From contig DASPLI010000001.1 of NCBI GenBank assembly GCA_035627655.1, positions 323,355 to 387,354 of the forward strand: 64,000 nucleotides of DNA, read 5' to 3'. The notes beneath the pieces are model-generated. The model ran no database searches. It was not told the origin of the DNA and saw only the letters and a list, made by a program, of their open reading frames with translations. Origin of the DNA: Minisyncoccota bacterium. Its GTDB lineage: Bacteria > Patescibacteriota > Minisyncoccia > Phycocordibacterales > Phycocordibacteraceae. This document shows positions 9,415 to 18,335 of the stretch, piece after piece. Position numbers and translations under genes: made by a program. Every line of letters starts with the position of its first letter. The stretch's first letter is position 1.

Positions 9415-9447
9415 GGGCCGAGCATAATGCTCGGCCCTTTTTGTTTT
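9415..9447 (+). terminator. Rho-independent terminator closing the E2-JAB-E1-Ubl operon
   Basis: GC-rich hairpin GGGCCGAGCAtaatGCTCGGCCC followed by TTTTTGTTTT. Confidence 0.5.
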
Positions 9448-9483
9448 GCGAACAGTCGGCTTTTTGTTATTGTCGCTGTATAC

Positions 9484-9570
9484 GGAGACGTGGCTGAGTG
9501 GTCGAAAGCGCCTCACTGCTAACGAGGTAGGGTGTAAAAGCTCTCCAGGGTTCGAATCCCTGCGTCTCCG
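9484..9570 (+). tRNA. tRNA-Ser (anticodon GCT), type II with a long variable arm
   Basis: Acceptor GGAGACG/CGTCTCC, anticodon loop CTGCTAA, T-arm CAGGG-TTCGAAT-CCCTG; no encoded CCA. Confidence 0.8.
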
Positions 9571-9576
9571 CCCGCT

Positions 9577-10089
9577 GTGACAAAGATACTCTTTATTCAA
9601 GGTATCCATAATTACCTCCTTGGCGATCGCTGGGTAGCGGACGTTTCGGAAGCAACCGGCATGGAAGTCGTGCGCTTTCCGATGCTCTATGGTCTTTTGG
9701 AAAGCGAAAAACAGCTTGAGCTCATAGCGCAGATAAATGCGCTTCTTGAAGGCAGCAATGACCGGTTCATTGTGGTGGCGCATTCCCTCGGCGGCATTCT
9801 TGCCCGGTCGCTGTCTGATACGGCATATACAAAAATAGATAAAATCATCATGCTCGCTGCTCCACACCAGGTGCCGTTCCCGTGGTTTCTTGAGGTTGTG
9901 GAGAAGCTCTCATACCGCACGCATGTGCCCGTGCCGGTCGAGTCGTGCGGTTTTTACTTGGACCCGATTGTTCCGTTCCGCTATACGCGAGATCCGGAAG
10001 CTGTGTTGCATCGGAATTACCTCGGGACGCACACGCAAGTCTTTGATCGGAAGCGCTTCTTTCGTCAACTCATAACACGCTCCGCCTAG
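9577..10089 (+). CDS. Alpha/beta hydrolase (esterase/lipase-like)
   Basis: 'VVAHSLGGIL' GxSxG nucleophile elbow. Confidence 0.55.
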   Translation: MTKILFIQGIHNYLLGDRWVADVSEATGMEVVRFPMLYGLLESEKQLELIAQINALLEGSNDRFIVVAHSLGGILARSLSDTAYTKIDKIIMLAAPHQVPFPWFLEVVEKLSYRTHVPVPVESCGFYLDPIVPFRYTRDPEAVLHRNYLGTHTQVFDRKRFFRQLITRSA

Positions 10090-10143
10090 GCGAGGTGGTG
10101 GTACCATGCAGGTACAACCCCTCTACTTATATTTCTCAACGCC

Positions 10144-10746
10144 ATGTTTTGTCCAAACTGCGGAGCGCGCGTGACGGAAGGAGCAAAATTCTGCCAACAG
10201 TGCGGGCGGGCGACCACGCTCTCGGGAGAGACACCGGTACCAGAATACTTTGTCGTGTCGCCCGGGAAGCTGGCATTCTTTTCCATTCTCACGCTCGGGC
10301 TGTATGAGCTTTACTGGTTCTATAGGAATTGGCAGGCCGTGAAGAAAGCGGAAGGGACAGACATTTCTCCGCTGTGGCGCACGCTGCTCTCCATCTTTTA
10401 CTGCCATCCGCTCTTCAAGCGTGTGGCGGCAGCTGCGCGCGAGCATGACTACCCAAACCTCTTTTCAGCAAAGTGGGTTGCCGCTGCCTACATCCTGATA
10501 CTGCTTGCTGCAAACGCGCTCGGGAACGTAGATACCGATGAGGTTGGCTTCAATCTCTTGTGGCTTGCGGTGACGCTTTCTTCTTTCATCCCGCTTTTGA
10601 CAGTACAGGGAGCGATCAACTTCCTGCGAAAGAAGATGCAGGGGCCGTCGGTCCTTAAAAGCGGTTTCTCGACGGGCGAAGTCGTGCTGGTTGTGCTTGG
10701 CGTCCTGTGGTTCTGCCTGATACTGATCGGTATCTTCTCCGCTTAG
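10144..10746 (+). CDS. Zinc-ribbon membrane protein
   Basis: N-terminal 'CPNCGARV...CQQCG' zinc ribbon followed by about four TM segments; paralogous N-terminus to the next gene. Confidence 0.45.
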   Translation: MFCPNCGARVTEGAKFCQQCGRATTLSGETPVPEYFVVSPGKLAFFSILTLGLYELYWFYRNWQAVKKAEGTDISPLWRTLLSIFYCHPLFKRVAAAAREHDYPNLFSAKWVAAAYILILLAANALGNVDTDEVGFNLLWLAVTLSSFIPLLTVQGAINFLRKKMQGPSVLKSGFSTGEVVLVVLGVLWFCLILIGIFSA

Positions 10747-10749
10747 CCT

Positions 10750-11835
10750 ATGTTTTGCACGCACTGCGGCACGAAGCTTGAGGAAGGAACGAAGTTCTGC
10801 ACCAACTGCGGCTCGCCAACGAAGCAGGAGCGCAAGCGATTCCCCTGGGGTGCGATCGCGCTGGTCCTTGTCGTGCTTGCCGGTATTGGAGCTGCCGCCT
10901 ACTACACGAGCACCTCGGAAGAAGAGCAGGGGGATATCGGATCCGCCACCTCGCTTCTGGCGGAAATGGAGCCCTCCTTGGAACCGGTTGGCCGCTTCAC
11001 GCAACCGCTCCTCTTTGATTCTGACGAGTTGAGCGATGAGGAATGGCTTTCCTATATTGCGTACACGCAACCGGCTTTCCTGTACGTTCCCGAGCCATCA
11101 CATCCACAGTTTCCCGGCCAGATCCAGGCATACAGCGCCGTTGTAAAGATCGTCTGTGAGGACGAAGACTACTTCTATTATGGAAGCGGTACCAATATGG
11201 ATGCTGCGGGATACGTACTCACCAACCTGCACGTCATAGAAGGAGATGCAGAGCTTGAGTGCATGGTCGGATTCCCAGATCCACAGTCAGGCTTGATACG
11301 CGAAGTGTATTGGGCGACACCCATCGTTGACGCGGAAAACGTTACGGGGCATGACCTTGCCGTGCTTTCGGTCGAGGAGCCGGTGTTCGACGAGGAGCAT
11401 AATATCTACGGGTTTTACGAGAAATACGCCAACGGCACATTCCAGTATTACTTTGAAACGGATGCATGCCTTGAGGTTGCTCCGGAGCTCGGTGATCAAA
11501 TTTTCGCACTCGGTTACCCGGCGCTCACGGGCGGCGCACTGACGATTACCGACGGTCTCATCAGCAGTCTCTATTCCGCAGACGACTACCTGATTACGTC
11601 GGCAAAAATCAGCAGCGGCAACTCCGGCGGTCTTGCGCTTGATACCAACGGTTGCTTTGTCGGCGTTCCGACCGCTGTCTATCTTGAAGAGGAAAACGAG
11701 CAGTACGGTGAAATCATTGACGCCTACTTCGTCTACGAATTCTTTGATGCCGTTCTCGATGATATCGAGGAGTATCGCGTGTCGAACGGATGGACGAGCG
11801 AATCTAAAGAAGAACTCCCGACACCTTCGTTTTAG
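10750..11835 (+). CDS. Zinc-ribbon / TM-anchored trypsin-like serine protease
   Basis: N-terminal 'CTHCGTKL...CTNCG', one TM, then chymotrypsin-fold triad elements 'VLTNLHV' (His), 'HDLAVLSV' (Asp), 'GNSGGLALD' (Ser). Confidence 0.6.
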   Translation: MFCTHCGTKLEEGTKFCTNCGSPTKQERKRFPWGAIALVLVVLAGIGAAAYYTSTSEEEQGDIGSATSLLAEMEPSLEPVGRFTQPLLFDSDELSDEEWLSYIAYTQPAFLYVPEPSHPQFPGQIQAYSAVVKIVCEDEDYFYYGSGTNMDAAGYVLTNLHVIEGDAELECMVGFPDPQSGLIREVYWATPIVDAENVTGHDLAVLSVEEPVFDEEHNIYGFYEKYANGTFQYYFETDACLEVAPELGDQIFALGYPALTGGALTITDGLISSLYSADDYLITSAKISSGNSGGLALDTNGCFVGVPTAVYLEEENEQYGEIIDAYFVYEFFDAVLDDIEEYRVSNGWTSESKEELPTPSF

Positions 11836-12449
11836 TAGGCAAGGGCGATAGGAAGGACGCGGGCGCCGACAAGGGTGCTCGCTCCTTCCTGTAAGGTCGC
11901 TCCGGTGGTGACCACGTCATCAATAAGAAGGTAGGTGGTCTCGTCCGCTGTTTTTATTTGTGTGAAGGCACCGCGTACGTTTTGCAGACGCCGTCTCCGG
12001 GAGAGGGAGGTTTGCGAAGCGGTGTCTCGTGTCCGTACCAGCACTGCTTCATCAAGCGGGAGCGGGAGGAGTCGTCGTGTGTTCTCTAGTATGCGCGCCA
12101 CTTGGTTATAGCCCCGCTCTCGGTAGCGCATTTCTGAGAGGGGAATAGGCACCAGCGTGTGCGATGTGTGTCCGACAAGCGCTTCCTCTGCCAGAAATTC
12201 CTGCAGATATTCAGCAAGTACGCGGCCGAGTAGCTCCTGGGCTCGCTCGTTCCCCTTATATTTCGCTTCCTTTATAAGTGCATGTACCAGCGGGTTGCGG
12301 TACGGAAGCAGCGCGGTGACCGTGCCGATCGTTCGAGGAGCAACGAGCTTTGCCACCGCGTCATAGGAAGAATCGAGCACCAGTCGCTCGGTATCTCGGG
12401 GTGGAAACAAAACGGCAAGCAGGAGCCGCAACATGCCTGCATGATACAA
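11832..12449 (-). CDS. comFC: ComF-family phosphoribosyltransferase-like competence protein
   Basis: C-terminal PRTase motif 'YLLIDDVVTTGATL'; located next to the T4P/competence cluster. Confidence 0.6.
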   Translation of the reverse strand: MYHAGMLRLLLAVLFPPRDTERLVLDSSYDAVAKLVAPRTIGTVTALLPYRNPLVHALIKEAKYKGNERAQELLGRVLAEYLQEFLAEEALVGHTSHTLVPIPLSEMRYRERGYNQVARILENTRRLLPLPLDEAVLVRTRDTASQTSLSRRRRLQNVRGAFTQIKTADETTYLLIDDVVTTGATLQEGASTLVGARVLPIALAY

Positions 12450-12457
12450 TCACGACA

Positions 12458-13543
12458 ATGGCATTTCTTGCAGATCTCTTTGGCAAGAAGAAAGGTGGAA
12501 GCGTGGTCGGCATTGATGTCGGCTCTTCCTCGTTGAAGGTAGTGCAGTTGCGTCGCGAAGGGGGGACGGCCGTACTTGAGACGTATGGTGAGATCGCGCT
12601 TGGTCCGTACGCAGGCGCGGAAATCGGGCAGGCGACGAACCTCCCGGCAGAAAAAGTCGCCGAAACGCTCAAGGATCTCCTGCGTGAATCAAACGTCACG
12701 ACCAAGGACGCCGGCATTTCTATTCCGTTCTCCCGCTCGCTCCTTACTATGGTGGAGCTGCCGCGCCGCGATAATCCGGAAGAACAAAAGACGATCATCT
12801 CGCTTGAGGCGCGAAAATACATCCCGATCCCGGTTTCCGAAGTACAGCTCGATTGGTTCGTCGTTCCAGAAGCACTTTCGCAGGGGCAGCAGCCTCCAGC
12901 AAAGGTGAAGGTACTCCTGGTGGCGGTCAACAACGACGAGCTTGCGCGCCTCTCGAAGATCGTCGAGCTCTCCGGGCTTTCCGCAACGTTCTACGAAATT
13001 GAGATTTTCAGCACTATCCGCTCGGTGGTCGACGAGCCAGTGAAGCCCGTGATGGTCCTCGATATTGGCGCATCAGCAACGAAGGTGTATGTCGTCGAGC
13101 GCGGCATTGTGGCTGTTTCCCACAATATTCGCCAGGGCGGGCAAGACGTAACCCGTACGATCGCAACCTCCCATGGCCTTGATGTATCGAAGGCGGAGCT
13201 TCTCAAGAAGGAGCATGGGTTTGGTAATGGGAGCGCGCCGTATGAGCGTCAGACCATCGAGCTGGTGTTCTCCCGCATCTTTGAAGAGGCGAAGCGCGCA
13301 CTCACGCGCTATGAGACAGCGAATCAGAAGTCGGTGTCCGCAATCGTGCTTACTGGCGGTGGGGGAGTAACCAAAGAGCTTGCTGCCTACGCAAAATCTT
13401 TCTTCTCCATTGATGTGCGCATCGCCGATCCGTTTGGAAAGACGGCGGCGCCAGCGTTCATGCGCCCCGTGCTTCAGGAGATTGGACCGGAGTTTGCGGT
13501 TGCCGCAGGACTCGCGCTCCGGAAGCTTGAGGAGCAAGGGTAG
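12458..13543 (+). CDS. pilM: Type IV pilus assembly protein PilM (actin-like ATPase fold)
   Basis: 'VVGIDVGSSSLKVVQL' and the overall PilM/FtsA-like pattern. ORF-track start 12350 over-extended; ATG 12458 used. Confidence 0.8.
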   Translation: MAFLADLFGKKKGGSVVGIDVGSSSLKVVQLRREGGTAVLETYGEIALGPYAGAEIGQATNLPAEKVAETLKDLLRESNVTTKDAGISIPFSRSLLTMVELPRRDNPEEQKTIISLEARKYIPIPVSEVQLDWFVVPEALSQGQQPPAKVKVLLVAVNNDELARLSKIVELSGLSATFYEIEIFSTIRSVVDEPVKPVMVLDIGASATKVYVVERGIVAVSHNIRQGGQDVTRTIATSHGLDVSKAELLKKEHGFGNGSAPYERQTIELVFSRIFEEAKRALTRYETANQKSVSAIVLTGGGGVTKELAAYAKSFFSIDVRIADPFGKTAAPAFMRPVLQEIGPEFAVAAGLALRKLEEQG

Positions 13544-13599
13544 TCTTCTGTGTATAAAGACTGCCGTTGTGGGGCATTTGCGCCTATACTAGAAACATA

Positions 13600-14289
13600 A
13601 TGGCTCCTTCTCCGACCATTCCGACCTCATTCGTCCCGAAGCAGCCGGTGCAGACCGGTCAGCGCTACGTAAAGAATCAGGGCGTGAACCTCTTTCTCGT
13701 GTTCGCGAGTCTGTTGTTGGTCGTATCAGTACTTGCTGCAGGCGGTGTCTTTGCGTACCAGAACTTCCTCGAAGGGGTGCGCGATCGCAAGCAGGCGCAG
13801 GTAGACGAAGTGCGGCAGAGCATCAACTCGATGGTTGTCGAAGACTTCATCCGCACCCGCGATCGGTTTGTCGCGGCGGAGTCGCTCCTTGATAACCATG
13901 TCGCCGCCTCGCAGTTCTTCGATCTTCTTGAGTCACTGACGCTCCAGAGCGTTCGCTTCAACTCCCTCAACTTCACGCTCTCGGAGGACCGCTCCGCTAA
14001 GATCCAGATGGACGGTGTTGCGCGCAGCTTCAACGCGCTTGCGGCTGAGTCCTCGGCGTTCGCGTCTGAAAAGCGGATCAAGCGAGCCATCTTCTCCGAT
14101 ATCGCGGTTGATCCGCAGACGCGCAACGTGAGCTTCTCGCTTGATGCGGAGCTCTCGCCAGCGCTTCTCACCATTAGCGAAGCGTCGATCCCGAGCCTGC
14201 CAGTGGTGCCAAGCGCTCCGGCAACGACGAGTGCCGCAACGACAACGCCTGCAGCGACTACCACGCCGGTAAACCCACTTTCCCTATGA
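13600..14289 (+). CDS. pilN: PilN-like bitopic inner-membrane pilus assembly protein
   Basis: Single N-terminal TM (LFLVFASLLLVVSVLAAGGVFAY) then coiled-coil/periplasmic domain; position after pilM. Confidence 0.5.
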   Translation: MAPSPTIPTSFVPKQPVQTGQRYVKNQGVNLFLVFASLLLVVSVLAAGGVFAYQNFLEGVRDRKQAQVDEVRQSINSMVVEDFIRTRDRFVAAESLLDNHVAASQFFDLLESLTLQSVRFNSLNFTLSEDRSAKIQMDGVARSFNALAAESSAFASEKRIKRAIFSDIAVDPQTRNVSFSLDAELSPALLTISEASIPSLPVVPSAPATTSAATTTPAATTTPVNPLSL

Positions 14290-14840
14290 CCTCTCGCGTC
14301 CTTCCCGTCATTCTCATACTCGCCGCACTCGGCATCTTCTTCGGCTACGTAAACCCAACCTACAGCGGGGAAGTAAAGACTTTGCAGAGCGAGATCCGGA
14401 GCTATGACGCAGCGCTTCGTGCCGCAAGCGAGTTCCGCGAAAAAGAAGCGCAGCTGACGCTCGAGCGAAACGGTATTTCAAACGAGGGACTGCGTCGGGT
14501 CGAGGCCTTCCTCCCAGACGGCGTCGACAACGTGCAGCTGATCCTCGACCTTAACTCGCTTGCGTCGCGCTCGGGCATGGTGCTCTCCGATTTCGACATC
14601 GTCGATCGTGCAGAGCAGGAAGATTCGGAAGGCACTGCGCTCACGCTTGAATCAGATGACGCCACCGATTCAATCGATCTAACGGTCAACGCAACCGGCT
14701 CATACGAGAACTTCAAGAAGTTTCTGAAGGGCGCTGAATGGAGTCTTCGTCCGCTCGACCTGGTCTCCCTTGAGATTAAGGACTCGGCAACGGGCATTTA
14801 TACGTACACTATGACTTTCCGCCTCTACTGGCTCCGCTAA
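14286..14840 (+). CDS. pilO: PilO-like pilus assembly protein
   Basis: N-terminal TM, coiled-coil; synteny pilM-pilN-pilO; overlaps the pilN stop. Confidence 0.5.
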   Translation: MTSRVLPVILILAALGIFFGYVNPTYSGEVKTLQSEIRSYDAALRAASEFREKEAQLTLERNGISNEGLRRVEAFLPDGVDNVQLILDLNSLASRSGMVLSDFDIVDRAEQEDSEGTALTLESDDATDSIDLTVNATGSYENFKKFLKGAEWSLRPLDLVSLEIKDSATGIYTYTMTFRLYWLR

Positions 14841-14844
14841 GCTT

Positions 14845-15135
14845 ATGCCTACTTCACGCACATCCGTCATCTTGCTCATCCTCGGCCTTCTGGTACTTGG
14901 CGCAGCAGCATACCTTCTCTTTGGCACGAACAACGATGCGGCCGTTTCTCCAAACGGAGCACCGGGCAGCGAAGCTGAGATGGCCTTCCTTTCGCTGACC
15001 GCACAGATCGATCCGGTCGAATTTGATACTGGCATTTTGGACGATCCTCGCTTCAATGCGCTTCAGGATATTCAGACAGCGATTGTTCCTGAGTCATCCG
15101 GTCGTGCTGACCCGTTTGCGCCGCTGGGGCGCTAG
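14845..15135 (+). CDS. Small TM protein (possible PilP-like accessory)
   Basis: 96 aa with one TM helix, located between pilO and pilB. Confidence 0.3.
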   Translation: MPTSRTSVILLILGLLVLGAAAYLLFGTNNDAAVSPNGAPGSEAEMAFLSLTAQIDPVEFDTGILDDPRFNALQDIQTAIVPESSGRADPFAPLGR

Positions 15136-15141
15136 AACACC

Positions 15142-16884
15142 GTGAACGTCCTTCCACTCCTTGTTGAGAAGGGACTACTCAAAACCGGCGATATCTCGGC
15201 GGTCGAGGCGGAGGCGCGCCAAGAAGGTTCGCTTGAGAAGGCGCTTGAAAACCGGGGAATCGCGCCCGTCGACGTGCTTCAGATCACAAGCGAGCACTAC
15301 AACATTCCAGCGCGAACGATCCCGGACGGCCCAATTGATCACACAAGCCTCGGGTACATTCCGGAAGAATCCGCCCGCCACTACCGTTTTGTACCGATCG
15401 GCGTTGTCGACGGTGCGCTTGAAGTGGGCATTACCGATCCTGACAACATCCAGGCGCTTGATGCACTCCAGTTCATTTCGACCGACATTGGAATGCCGTA
15501 CAAGCTCTACTTGATTACGGAAACCGACTTCGACCGCGTCATCAATGAGTACCAGAACCTGACCGGGGAAGTGGGTGCGGCACTCTCCGAGCTTGAGACG
15601 GGCGTCGATCTTGATGTCGACAAGGAGAAGAAAAATGCGCCGCAAACAGAAGAAAGCATCAAGGCGGACGCACCAGTCACGAAGATTGTTGCAACCATCC
15701 TTCGCTACGCAGTGGAAGGCGCTGCCTCCGATATTCATATTGAACCGACGCCTGAGAAGACGCGTGTGCGTTTCCGGATGGATGGCGATTTGCATACCTC
15801 TCTTGAACTTCCGCGCAAAGTGCATGAGTCAGTTGTTGCGCGCGTGAAAATTCTCTGTCAGATGCGTCTTGATGAGAAGCGTAAGCCGCAGGACGGTCGC
15901 TTCTCGGCAACGATCGAAGCAAAGCGCATCGACTTCCGCGTTTCAACATTCCCGACCGAGCACGGCGAGAAGGTGGTGATGCGTATTCTGGACCGCTCGA
16001 AGACGATTGCCACGCTTGAATCAATCGGGCTTGCGCCCGACGATCTGGCGACTGTGCGCGATCTACTGCGTTCTCCCTACGGCATCATCCTGATTTCCGG
16101 TCCGACCGGTTCAGGTAAGTCGACAACGCTCTTCTCCATGCTTTCGGAAGTCGATCGCGAAACGCAGAACGTCGTGTCGGTTGAAGATCCGGTTGAGTAC
16201 GAGATTCCGGAAGTTGCACAGTCCCAGGTACGTCCGGAAATCGGTTACACGTTCGCTTCCGGTCTCCGCTCCATTCTCCGTCAGGACCCAGACGTCATCA
16301 TGGTGGGCGAAATCCGCGACAAGGAGACCGCACAGCTCGCCATCCAGGCGGCGCTTACGGGTCACCTCGTGTTCTCGACCATTCACACCAACACTGCCGC
16401 AGGCGTGATTCCGCGCTTGGTCGACATGGGGGTCGACCCGTACCTCATCGCGCCGACGTTGATTGCGGCGATCGGGCAGCGGCTCGTGCGAAAGTTGTGC
16501 CCGGGGGCAGGGGAGAAAGTGCCGGTAACGGAAAGCATCAAGGGCTTCCTTGAGAAGGAGTTTGAGGACCTACCGGCAGACCACCGCAAGAATCTGCCGC
16601 CATTTGACTATGTTTATAAGGCGCAGCCCACTCCAGACTGTCCGAACGGAACGCGCGGCCGCGTGGGCGTGTTTGAAATCTTGCGCATGACTAAGGAGCT
16701 TGAGCATGTGGTGCTCACCAACCCGGTTGCAGAATCGGTATATGCAGCTGCGCGCGCAAACGGCATGCGCACCATGCGCGAGGATGCTATCATGAAGGCG
16801 CTTGCCGGAGAGATTCCGTTCGAAGAAGTTGGCACGCTTGGCGGCGCACTTCTCTCGGATGATTCAGAACCACAAGCGTCCTAA
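15142..16884 (+). CDS. pilB: Type IV pilus assembly ATPase PilB (GspE family)
   Basis: N-terminal GspII_E domain; Walker A 'GPTGSGKSTT', Asp box, Walker B 'DPDVIMVGEIRD', His box 'TGHLVFSTIHTN'. Confidence 0.9.
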   Translation: MNVLPLLVEKGLLKTGDISAVEAEARQEGSLEKALENRGIAPVDVLQITSEHYNIPARTIPDGPIDHTSLGYIPEESARHYRFVPIGVVDGALEVGITDPDNIQALDALQFISTDIGMPYKLYLITETDFDRVINEYQNLTGEVGAALSELETGVDLDVDKEKKNAPQTEESIKADAPVTKIVATILRYAVEGAASDIHIEPTPEKTRVRFRMDGDLHTSLELPRKVHESVVARVKILCQMRLDEKRKPQDGRFSATIEAKRIDFRVSTFPTEHGEKVVMRILDRSKTIATLESIGLAPDDLATVRDLLRSPYGIILISGPTGSGKSTTLFSMLSEVDRETQNVVSVEDPVEYEIPEVAQSQVRPEIGYTFASGLRSILRQDPDVIMVGEIRDKETAQLAIQAALTGHLVFSTIHTNTAAGVIPRLVDMGVDPYLIAPTLIAAIGQRLVRKLCPGAGEKVPVTESIKGFLEKEFEDLPADHRKNLPPFDYVYKAQPTPDCPNGTRGRVGVFEILRMTKELEHVVLTNPVAESVYAAARANGMRTMREDAIMKALAGEIPFEEVGTLGGALLSDDSEPQAS

Positions 16885-16889
16885 TACCT

Positions 16890-17270
16890 ATGGCAAATCA
16901 CCGCATTTATTTGGTAGATGACGATCGCTTCCTGCTCGACATGTATGCGATCAAGTTTAAGAATGCCGGTCACGAGGTGACTGCTTTCCAGGGTCCGGAA
17001 GACGCACTCGCTGCGCTTCGCAAGGATCCGGCGCCGGACGCAATGCTTCTCGACGTGGTTATGCCGGTGATGACCGGATTTGAAATGCTTGAGACGATTC
17101 GCAAGGAGAATCTTGCACCAACGACGAAATTTATTGTGCTTTCCAACCAGGGACAGGATACGGACATCGAGAAATCAAAGGAGCTCAAGGCTGCCGGCTA
17201 CATCATTAAGGCATCGGCGATTCCGTCTGAGGTGTACGCAGAAACGATTCGCATCATTGAACAAGCATGA
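16890..17270 (+). CDS. Stand-alone CheY-like response regulator receiver (PilH/PilG-like)
   Basis: 'YLVDDDRFLLDMY', phospho-acceptor 'LLDVVMPVMTG', 'KFIVLSNQ', 'AGYIIK'. Confidence 0.8.
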   Translation: MANHRIYLVDDDRFLLDMYAIKFKNAGHEVTAFQGPEDALAALRKDPAPDAMLLDVVMPVMTGFEMLETIRKENLAPTTKFIVLSNQGQDTDIEKSKELKAAGYIIKASAIPSEVYAETIRIIEQA

Positions 17271-18331
17271 GCGCTCCCGCTGAACGAATCGGTGCACTCC
17301 TGTCTTCTGTCATTGCCGAGAACGGTTCGGACCTTCATCTTTCTGCCGGTTCGCACCCGATCATTCGCATTTCTGGCGCGCTCGTGCCGCTGGTAAAGGA
17401 GGACAAGCTGACGCCTGCCGACACCGAAGCCATGCTCAAGGCTATTTTGCCTGCCGAGCGTTTTGACGAATTTATAAAGGCGCAATCGATCGACTTTTCG
17501 TACGCGCACAAGGACGGCTCGCGCTTCCGCGTCAACGGCTATATTGCCGGGGGCATGATCGCTATTGCGATGCGCCTCATCCCGAAGCAGATCCGCACGT
17601 TCACGGAACTCAACCTTCCGTCCGTACTTGAAGTATTCTCCCAGCGCCAGCAAGGCTTCTTCCTGTGCGTCGGACCGGTGGGGCAGGGAAAATCAACGAC
17701 CCTCGCCGCGCTCATTGATCGCATCAATGAAACGCGTGCTGAGCATATCGTGACCATTGAGGATCCGATCGAATATCTTTTTGAAAACAAGAAGTCGCTC
17801 ATTCACCAGCGCGAAGTCCGCATCGATACGCCAGACTTCCATGACGCGCTGACTGCCGCTTTCCGCGAAGACGTAGACGTGATCATGGTGGGCGAGATGC
17901 GCAACTACGAGACCATCTCCGCCGCCGTGACCGCTGCAGAAACCGGCCATCTCGTCATTTCAACGCTCCACACGAATAACGCATCGCAGACCATCGACCG
18001 CATCATCGACATGTTCCCGCCCAATCAGCAAGGGCAGGTGCGCGTCCAGCTTGCCGGTTCGCTCGCAGGTATCTTCTCGCAGCGCCTCGTACCCCGTATT
18101 TCCGGCGGCCTCATTCCGGCGTACGAGCTTCTCATCAACAACAGCGCGATTGCAAACCTCATCCGCGAAGGTCGCACGCATGAAATCTCTACCGTCGTGC
18201 AGACCTCAAGCCAGGAAGGCATGATCGATATGGACCGCTCGCTTGCAGAACTTGTGCGCCGCGGCGAAGTAACGGTTGAGGACGCTTTCGAACGCGCAAG
18301 CGACCAGAAGACCTTCGAGCGCTACCTCTAA
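17267..18331 (+). CDS. pilT: Twitching-motility retraction ATPase PilT
   Basis: Walker A 'GPVGQGKSTT', 'DVDVIMVGEMRN', 'TGHLVISTLHTN'; about 350 aa, typical of PilT. Confidence 0.9.
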   Translation: MSAPAERIGALLSSVIAENGSDLHLSAGSHPIIRISGALVPLVKEDKLTPADTEAMLKAILPAERFDEFIKAQSIDFSYAHKDGSRFRVNGYIAGGMIAIAMRLIPKQIRTFTELNLPSVLEVFSQRQQGFFLCVGPVGQGKSTTLAALIDRINETRAEHIVTIEDPIEYLFENKKSLIHQREVRIDTPDFHDALTAAFREDVDVIMVGEMRNYETISAAVTAAETGHLVISTLHTNNASQTIDRIIDMFPPNQQGQVRVQLAGSLAGIFSQRLVPRISGGLIPAYELLINNSAIANLIREGRTHEISTVVQTSSQEGMIDMDRSLAELVRRGEVTVEDAFERASDQKTFERYL

Positions 18332-18335
18332 CCAC

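Noticed and set aside
12361-12933. 190-aa minus-strand ORF and 13073..13537 minus ORF
   Set aside because: Antisense to pilM.
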